From Candidatus Korobacteraceae bacterium (GTDB taxonomy: Bacteria > Acidobacteriota > Terriglobia > Terriglobales > Acidobacteriaceae): 64,000 bases of DNA. A program made the translations under genes and the position numbers. The notes beneath the pieces are model-generated. The model was not told the DNA's origin. It saw only the letters and a program-made list of their open reading frames with translations, and ran no database searches. The stretch lies in contig JBEKOO010000002.1 of the NCBI GenBank assembly GCA_049521655.1, forward strand, positions 84,502 through 148,501, in the 5' to 3' direction. Below are positions 57,982 through 64,000 of the stretch, one piece after another (positions within the stretch are counted from its first letter, which is position 1; every line of letters begins with the position of its first letter).

Positions 57982-59433
57982 ATGGATATCGATACGAACA
58001 CAATTGCCGCTCTCACAATTGCCGCCGCTCGCTCGCTGGTCGCAAGCCGGGAGACCTCCGCCGTCGCGCTGGCCGAGGCGCACTACGCACAGATCGAAAA
58101 CCGCGACGCGGCCATTGGCTCCTTTCTCACGCTGACCCGAGAGCGCGCCCTGGCGCAAGCCGGCCGCATCGATCGGCTGGCCGAAAAAGGCGATCCACTG
58201 CCCCCGCTTGCCGGTGTTCCCGTCGCTATCAAGGACGTGCTGATGACGCGCGGCGAGCGCACCACCGCAGGTTCGCGTTTCCTTGAGCATTTCGTCGCGC
58301 CCTACGATGCAACCGCCGTCGAAAAGCTGGAAGCCGCAGGCGCCGTCTGCCTGGGAAAACTCAATTGCGATGAGTTCGCCATGGGCTCGTCGAACGAGAA
58401 TTCGGCTTTTCATCCAGTGCATAATCCGCGTGACCTTACGCGCGTTCCCGGAGGTTCTTCGGGCGGCTCCGCTGCGGCCGTTGCCGCAGGTTTTGCGGTT
58501 GCAACCCTGGGCTCAGACACCGGAGGCTCGATCCGCCAACCCGCCGCCTTCTGTGGTGTCGTGGGACTGTTGCCCACCTACGGACGGGTCTCGCGCTATG
58601 GATTGATCGCCTTCGCCAGCTCGCTCGATCACGTGGGGCCGTTTGCGCGCACGGTCGAGGATTCCGCAACCCTGCTCGAGGTAATCGCCGGACGCGACCC
58701 GCACGATTCCACATCGGCCGACGTGCCAGTGGGCAAATACTCACTGGAGTGCGGGCGCGATGTGAGGGGCCTGCGCATCGGCATTCCAAAAGAATATTTC
58801 GGCGAAGGGCTGGACCCGGAGATTCGCCAGGCCATCGAGCGCCGCATTGACGGCCTGCGCCAGGCTGGCTGCGAAATCGTCAGTGTTTCGCTGCCCCACA
58901 CCGAATATGCCATTCCGGTTTACTACCTCGTCGCCACCGCCGAGGCCTCGGCCAACCTGGCGCGCTTTGACGGCGTGCGCTACACCACGCGCTCGCCGCA
59001 GGCCAAGACGCTCTCGGATATGTACCGGCGCAGCCGTGACGAGGGTTTTGGCGCCGAGGTCAAGCGCCGCATCATCCTCGGCACCTACGCGCTCAGCGCC
59101 GGTTACTACGACGCGTACTATCTCAAGGCCCAGCAGGTTCGCACCCTGCTTACGCGCGACTTTCAGAACGCATTTACAAGTGTCGATGCGCTCGTGACTC
59201 CCGTTACGCCGACCGTCGCCTTCAAACTCGGCGAGAAGGCCGATGATCCCGTGGCGATGTACCTCAGCGACATCTACACCGTAACGGCAAACCTGGTCGG
59301 CGTGCCGGGCATCTCGCTGCCATGTGGAAATAATCACGAAGGCCTGCCAATCGGGATTCAGATTCTGGGCAGGCACTTCGATGAAGCCACGGTGATCCGC
59401 CTGGCGCACGCCATGGAGCAGGAGCAACGCTAA
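57982..59433 (+). CDS. gatA: Asp/Glu-tRNA amidotransferase subunit A
   Basis: Amidase signature GGSSGGSAAAVAAG…GSDTGGSIRQPA. The ATG at 57982 is one codon inside the ORF-track TTG. Confidence 0.9.
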   Translation: MDIDTNTIAALTIAAARSLVASRETSAVALAEAHYAQIENRDAAIGSFLTLTRERALAQAGRIDRLAEKGDPLPPLAGVPVAIKDVLMTRGERTTAGSRFLEHFVAPYDATAVEKLEAAGAVCLGKLNCDEFAMGSSNENSAFHPVHNPRDLTRVPGGSSGGSAAAVAAGFAVATLGSDTGGSIRQPAAFCGVVGLLPTYGRVSRYGLIAFASSLDHVGPFARTVEDSATLLEVIAGRDPHDSTSADVPVGKYSLECGRDVRGLRIGIPKEYFGEGLDPEIRQAIERRIDGLRQAGCEIVSVSLPHTEYAIPVYYLVATAEASANLARFDGVRYTTRSPQAKTLSDMYRRSRDEGFGAEVKRRIILGTYALSAGYYDAYYLKAQQVRTLLTRDFQNAFTSVDALVTPVTPTVAFKLGEKADDPVAMYLSDIYTVTANLVGVPGISLPCGNNHEGLPIGIQILGRHFDEATVIRLAHAMEQEQR

Positions 59434-59915
59434 TGAAAGAGAGTGCGATGAGCGCGGAGAAAGGCGCAAACAACGGCGATCACTCCCACATTCATCAACC
59501 GCCGGCAGAGGCGGGCCGCAGCGGGATGCGGGGCACCGTTCTCGGCTGCTCTTCTTTTTTCCTCGCCCTCGTCGAATCCCTCTGTGCGGCGGCGGTTGCG
59601 CTCAGTGGAGTCCGCGTGCTGCTGGGCATGAGTTCGCTGATTGCGGCCAGCGCCGCGGGTCCGGCGCAAGGCTTCCACCGCGAGGCGTTGCGCGTGCCTA
59701 TCCTGTGGGCTTCCGGAGTGCTGGCGCTGCTCACCCTTCTGCTGCTCTGGAATGAAAACCGGATCCGGCAGAACCCCTCCGCGCAGTGGCGTCTGCAGCC
59801 GCTAACGCCCAAGCAGCGCCGTCAACGCTGGATACAGCTTGCAACCTCGATTGCCGCGCTTCTGCTGATCCTCGCCGAAGTCGTCACCCATCCCTGGTTC
59901 CATCACGAGCTGTAG
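59433..59915 (+). CDS. Hypothetical membrane protein, translationally coupled to gatA
   Basis: 160 aa. The start overlaps the gatA stop (TAATG). Polar His-rich N-terminus, then about four hydrophobic helices. Confidence 0.5.
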   Translation: MKESAMSAEKGANNGDHSHIHQPPAEAGRSGMRGTVLGCSSFFLALVESLCAAAVALSGVRVLLGMSSLIAASAAGPAQGFHREALRVPILWASGVLALLTLLLLWNENRIRQNPSAQWRLQPLTPKQRRQRWIQLATSIAALLLILAEVVTHPWFHHEL

Positions 59916-59978
59916 AGCCTTTGCCGCCGGATTGCATCGATCCTGGCTCACCCTCGGCCTTCCGCTTATTTTCTCTCG

Positions 59979-61553
59979 TTAGTGCGCCGCGCTCACTGCG
60001 CCTTTCCGCGCAATCACCCTGCGCAGCAGGAAGACGATCGGGATGCAAAGGAAGCAGACGGCGGCGAGGTACTGGAAGTCATCGACATAGGCGCGGAGCC
60101 GCGCTTGCTGGGAGAGAATTCCGTTGATGAGCCCGTATGCCTGCAACGGTGAGCCGCCGGTGCGCGCAGTCAGCGCCGTGGCCCCGCTCAGCATCTGCTG
60201 GAAGGCGGTGCTGGCGGCGTTGATGTGACCGGACATCTCCACCCGGTGGAGCTGCTCGTGGCGGGAGATGATAGTGTTCACAATGGAGATTCCGATCGAG
60301 CCTCCGATGTTGCGCAGCAAGTTGAACAGGCCGGCCGCGTTGCCGATCTCCTCGTTGGGCAGGCTCGCCATCGTGGTAGTCGCCAGGGGGACGAAGACCA
60401 TGCCTGCGCCAAAGCCGCTCAGGACAACCGGCCAGAGCATACTCCATTGCGACAGATCGAGATTGACCCGCGCAAACCACAGGCCGCAGCCGCCGAAGAG
60501 CGCAAAACCGAAGGCCATCGGGTACCGGTTGTCGACGCGGCTGCTGATGATTCCGATCAGTGGCATGGCCACCAGTGAGCCAATCCCGCGCGGACTGACC
60601 GCCATGCCGGCGGTGAGCGCATTGTAGCCAAGCAATTCCTGATAGAACAGTGGCAGCAAGGTGATCAATCCATAAATGACGCCGCCGAACAGCCCAATCA
60701 GCAGGCAGCCGAGGGTGAAGTTGCGGTTGAGGAAGACGCGCAGTTTCACCAGTGGGTCGCGCTGCTTCAGCTCCCATGCCAGGAAGGCGATAAAAGACAC
60801 CACCAGCAGCGCGACCGCCCAGCGAATCCAGGTTGCGCCGAACCAGTCGTCCTCCTGCCCCTTGTCGAGTACGATTTGCAAGGTTCCCAGCCAGATGGCC
60901 AGCAAGCCAAAGCCGATTCCGTCAAAGCGCCCCGGCTTCGCCTCACGGATGTAGATGGGATCATGCACGTAACGCATGATCATGAAGATGGCAAGGATAC
61001 CGATTGGAATATTGATGTAAAACGCCCAGCGCCAGGAGTAAGTCTCGGTAAGCCAGCCTCCGACGGTGGGCCCAAGAACCGGGGCAACCACCACTCCCAG
61101 TCCAAACAGGGCCATGGCCTGGCCGCGCTTCTGCGGCGGAAAGCTCTCCAGCAGAATGGACTGCGAGAGCGGTTGCAAAGCTCCTCCGCCTGCCCCCTGC
61201 ACGGCGCGCGCGATCAGGATCATCGCCAGGCTGTCGGCGGCGCCGCAGGCAAAGGAAGAAACCGTGAAGATAACGATGCAGATCAGCAGAAAGCGCTTGC
61301 GTCCAAAGCGTTGCGAGAACCACGAGCTAGTCGGAAGGATGATGGCGTTGGCCACCAGGTAGCTGGTGAGTACCCAGGTGGCTTCGCTGTCTGTGGCGGC
61401 GACCGAACCGGCGATATAGGGCAGGGCGACCGACGCAATCGAGGTATCCAGCACCTCCATGAAGGTCGCCAGCATCACCGAGGTCGCAACCAGCCAGGGA
61501 TTGGAAACGGCGACGGGCGCTGCTGCCTGGGGCGTTGCCGGAGAATCACTCAT
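59979..61553 (-). CDS. MFS transporter, DHA2 (EmrB/QacA) drug-efflux family
   Basis: 524 aa with about 14 TM segments. LATFMEVLDTSIASVALPYIAGS is typical of EmrB. Confidence 0.85.
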   Translation of the reverse strand: MSDSPATPQAAAPVAVSNPWLVATSVMLATFMEVLDTSIASVALPYIAGSVAATDSEATWVLTSYLVANAIILPTSSWFSQRFGRKRFLLICIVIFTVSSFACGAADSLAMILIARAVQGAGGGALQPLSQSILLESFPPQKRGQAMALFGLGVVVAPVLGPTVGGWLTETYSWRWAFYINIPIGILAIFMIMRYVHDPIYIREAKPGRFDGIGFGLLAIWLGTLQIVLDKGQEDDWFGATWIRWAVALLVVSFIAFLAWELKQRDPLVKLRVFLNRNFTLGCLLIGLFGGVIYGLITLLPLFYQELLGYNALTAGMAVSPRGIGSLVAMPLIGIISSRVDNRYPMAFGFALFGGCGLWFARVNLDLSQWSMLWPVVLSGFGAGMVFVPLATTTMASLPNEEIGNAAGLFNLLRNIGGSIGISIVNTIISRHEQLHRVEMSGHINAASTAFQQMLSGATALTARTGGSPLQAYGLINGILSQQARLRAYVDDFQYLAAVCFLCIPIVFLLRRVIARKGAVSAAH

Positions 61554-61751
61554 CAGTCGGATACTTACCTCTGCTTCTCATGAATGCCGCGCGATACTCG
61601 CAGGGTTGGCGCACACGAGCTCGAATTTCATAAGTATATCAGTCGATTTAATCCCTGCCGGGCCCGTCAGCTTCGCGGCCCGCAATTCTGTGACGCGGAT
61701 CATAGCCTCCGGGCAGGGCGCGCGTAAACTAGAAGTAGGTAATCTCGATTC

Positions 61752-62156
61752 ATGAATTACTTCGTCATCACGAACAGGAAGCGGGCCATCGTGGCGCTGG
61801 CGCATTCGATTGCCTTTCTGGCCTTGGCGATTGCCATGTACAAGCCTCCGAAGGCAATCGGCTTTGCCACCACGGCGAGCACGATCGTGACCGTGATCTA
61901 CTTCATCGTGACTTCGATTCTGCTCTGGCTCACGCTGGCCTCCAAGGCGCCAAAGGAGAAGCTCTATTTTGGACTATGCACCACCAGTGCCTGCTTCGGG
62001 TTGCTGCGCATGGTGATCGCAAGTCCGCTGCTGGCGGTGCTCGCGGTGTATGTGCGGGTTTCCATGCTGGGAATGGCCGTCGTTGTGGGTGTTGGATTGC
62101 TCCGTACCCACGGACGCCCGGAAACGGCAGCAAAGGTCGAGCCTCTGGGCGAATAA
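61752..62156 (+). CDS. Hypothetical membrane protein
   Basis: 134 aa with four hydrophobic helices. I recognise no motif. Confidence 0.5.
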   Translation: MNYFVITNRKRAIVALAHSIAFLALAIAMYKPPKAIGFATTASTIVTVIYFIVTSILLWLTLASKAPKEKLYFGLCTTSACFGLLRMVIASPLLAVLAVYVRVSMLGMAVVVGVGLLRTHGRPETAAKVEPLGE

Positions 62157-62270
62157 GGCTCTCGCATCGAGATCCAAAGCCAGTGTGCTTCCGGCAATAC
62201 TCTGCGCGCAACCCTCTTCTCCATTAAGATAGTTCCATAGCCGGCGAATACCGTTAGACGAGGCGAGAGC

Positions 62271-63023
62271 GTGCTGCGAACGATTCGAGAAGACATTCAA
62301 TCCGTCCTGGAGCGTGATCCCGCCGCAACCGGCAAGTTCTCAGTATTGCTGAATTACCCGGGACTCCATGCGGTGTGGATGCATCACCTCAATCACTGGC
62401 TCTGGCAGCATGGATGCCATTTGCTGGCGCGCCATCTTTCGCAGGTGACCCGCTTCTGGACGGGAATCGAGATTCATCCCGGCGCAACCATCGGGCGCAG
62501 ACTATTTATCGACCACGGCATGGCAGTGGTGATCGGCGAGACGGCGGTCGTTGGCGACGATGTGACCATCTACCATGGCGTGACCCTGGGAGGAACCAGC
62601 CTGCAGAAGAGGAAACGCCACCCCACTCTCGGCAATGGCGTCGTCATTGGCAACAGCTCAAGCGTGCTGGGAGACATCGTCGTGGGAGACAACTCGCGCG
62701 TGGGTGCCGGCTCCGTGGTGCTCCAGGATGTGCCCTCGAACTCCACCGTCGTCGGAGTACCGGCGCACATTATTTATCGCGATGGTAAGCGCGTGCTCAT
62801 CACAGATCCGCACGAGATCAAAGACCCGCTGAGCGATGCGCTCATCGCGCTCTCCAGGGATGTGAATGGGCTGCGTCTGCGTCTGGACAAGTTGGCTCAT
62901 CTGGAGGTAAGCGTGTCACCGGACGCCTCGGTGGCCGGGTTGGCCAATGAGGACGAAGAGCGCCGTGATTACCGCAGTGAATTTGATAAGAGCGGATTTG
63001 CCGATTACGGCGCAGGAATTTAG
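62271..63023 (+). CDS. cysE: Serine O-acetyltransferase
   Basis: [19 protein letters not shown]…, [11 protein letters not shown] and hexapeptide repeats. GTG start. Confidence 0.85.
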   Translation: MLRTIREDIQSVLERDPAATGKFSVLLNYPGLHAVWMHHLNHWLWQHGCHLLARHLSQVTRFWTGIEIHPGATIGRRLFIDHGMAVVIGETAVVGDDVTIYHGVTLGGTSLQKRKRHPTLGNGVVIGNSSSVLGDIVVGDNSRVGAGSVVLQDVPSNSTVVGVPAHIIYRDGKRVLITDPHEIKDPLSDALIALSRDVNGLRLRLDKLAHLEVSVSPDASVAGLANEDEERRDYRSEFDKSGFADYGAGI

Positions 63024-63098
63024 ACGGAGCTTGCGCCCAATCCCTGCTCACGATAGCATCGAACTGTCGAACTCTCCGGCATGACTGCGGTGCAGTGA

Positions 63099-63172
<74 letters not shown>

Positions 63173-63361
63173 GATTCTCCATTCCGTCAAAACTCCGCTC
63201 CAGGGTCTTTCTTCCGGCTTGCTCTTCCAGCTCACTGCCGCTCTGTCCGTGCCTCGGCCACAGCCGAATCCGCCGGTCAAGCAAACGTCAGGGCTAAGTG
63301 AAAATCTAAGAATGAAATGCTGCAGTCTGCGTGCCCTCGATGATATACATTCATCTTGGCT

Positions 63362-64000
63362 ATGGAACGATTGAACTATCATCACCTTCTGTACTTTTTC
63401 ACCGTCGTACGCGAGGGATCAGTGGCAAGGGCAAGCGCGCGGCTGGGACTCAAGCAGCCCACCGTCAGCGCGCAGATCCACGCGCTGGAAGAAAAACTCG
63501 GGCGCAAGCTGCTCGAGCGCAGCGGCCGCGGCCTGAAGGTGACCCCCGCCGGTGAGATTGTGTTGCGCTACGCGTCCAGTATCTTCACCCTGGGTGGGGA
63601 AATGGTATCCGCCCTCAATGGCCACGCCCTCGATGGCCACGCAGAAGCAGCGCAAGCGCTCTCTGTGGGCGTCACTTCGTCGCTGCCACCGGCGCTGCTG
63701 GCAGCCCTGCTGCAAGCAATCTTCAACATGAAGCCCCAGCCTCTGCTGACCGTCGCTGAAGCCGAAGCCGAGTCGCTCGCCGCACAGTTGGCTTCGCGCT
63801 CGTTGCACTTTGTTCTCTCCGATGTTCGTCTTGCAAACTTAAAGCTCGAGCGCGCGGCGGATGCTCTCCACAGCCGTGTGCTGCTGGAGAGTGCAGTTGA
63901 GGTCTTTGCGCCCCCGCTGCTGGCTTGTAAACTGCGCAGGAATTTTCCGGCGAGGCTGGCCGATCTCCCCTTCATGCTTCCCAGCGCCGGGGCGTTGCAC
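63362..64000 (+). CDS. LysR-family transcriptional regulator (NhaR-like N-terminus), 3' end beyond the window
   Basis: Absent from the ORF track because it has no stop inside the window. Hand translation gives MERLNYHHLLYFFTVVREGSVARASARLGLKQPTVSAQIHALEEKLGRKLLERSGRGLKVTPAGE…, open to position 64000. Confidence 0.8.
   Translation, partial: MERLNYHHLLYFFTVVREGSVARASARLGLKQPTVSAQIHALEEKLGRKLLERSGRGLKVTPAGEIVLRYASSIFTLGGEMVSALNGHALDGHAEAAQALSVGVTSSLPPALLAALLQAIFNMKPQPLLTVAEAEAESLAAQLASRSLHFVLSDVRLANLKLERAADALHSRVLLESAVEVFAPPLLACKLRRNFPARLADLPFMLPSAGALH

Noticed and set aside
63173-63361. Integrated mobile element or genomic island at the tRNA-Cys 3' end.
   Set aside because: There is no integrase, no direct repeat of the tRNA 3' half in the remaining window, and an ordinary LysR regulator follows. 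The window ends too soon to exclude a distal island.

Overview
This is a GC-rich bacterial chromosomal segment. Gene content and one REP-like hairpin element recall Acidobacteriota/Terriglobia, but I cannot verify taxonomy without a search. I call about 57 protein genes, one tRNA-Cys and one gene truncated at the right edge.

Most of the window is core metabolism and housekeeping:
- Amino-acid biosynthesis: a leuA/cimA-like gene with leuB, leuC and leuD; ilvD; cysE followed by tRNA-Cys.
- DNA repair and translation: lexA, uvrA, tsaD, cca, gatC-gatA.
- Other: ugd, galT-like, cfa, rubrerythrin, an OPT transporter, two MFS transporters.
- Scattered signalling genes: an NtrC-type sigma-54 activator, a PAS histidine kinase, a CheY-like receiver, LuxR, IclR, LysR.

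Positions 1105-12225 form a roughly 11-kb sugar-acid / unsaturated-uronate catabolic locus. Its order is kdgK, eda, GH88-like, SDR, iclR, OYE flavoprotein, Zn-ADH, VOC, IlvD/Edd dehydratase, MFS. The middle of this locus looks more AT-rich than its flanks.

I saw no CRISPR array, transposase, integrase, phage genes or recognisable defence or toxin genes.

The most interesting non-obvious signal lies directly downstream of the orphan NtrC-family activator.
- A near-consensus sigma-54 promoter (minus strand, 28934->28919) sits about 150 bp past the activator's stop.
- It points into a roughly 160-nt region with no credible ORF.
- That region has a long-range closing helix, a C/U-rich anti-Shine-Dalgarno-like stretch and an intrinsic terminator.
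- I read this as a candidate sigma-54-dependent small RNA.

Secondary leads:
- unassigned enzymes in the sugar-acid locus;
- a block of secreted/hypothetical proteins with a small Zn-ribbon, CheY and LuxR module (47.1-51.6 kb);
- an 8-bp tandem repeat upstream of gatC;
- a membrane protein translationally coupled to gatA;
- a TPR-GAF-degenerate-GGDEF protein divergent from lexA.

All calls rest on reading the translated ORFs and the DNA by eye. No similarity search or folding program was run, and start codons are judgement calls.
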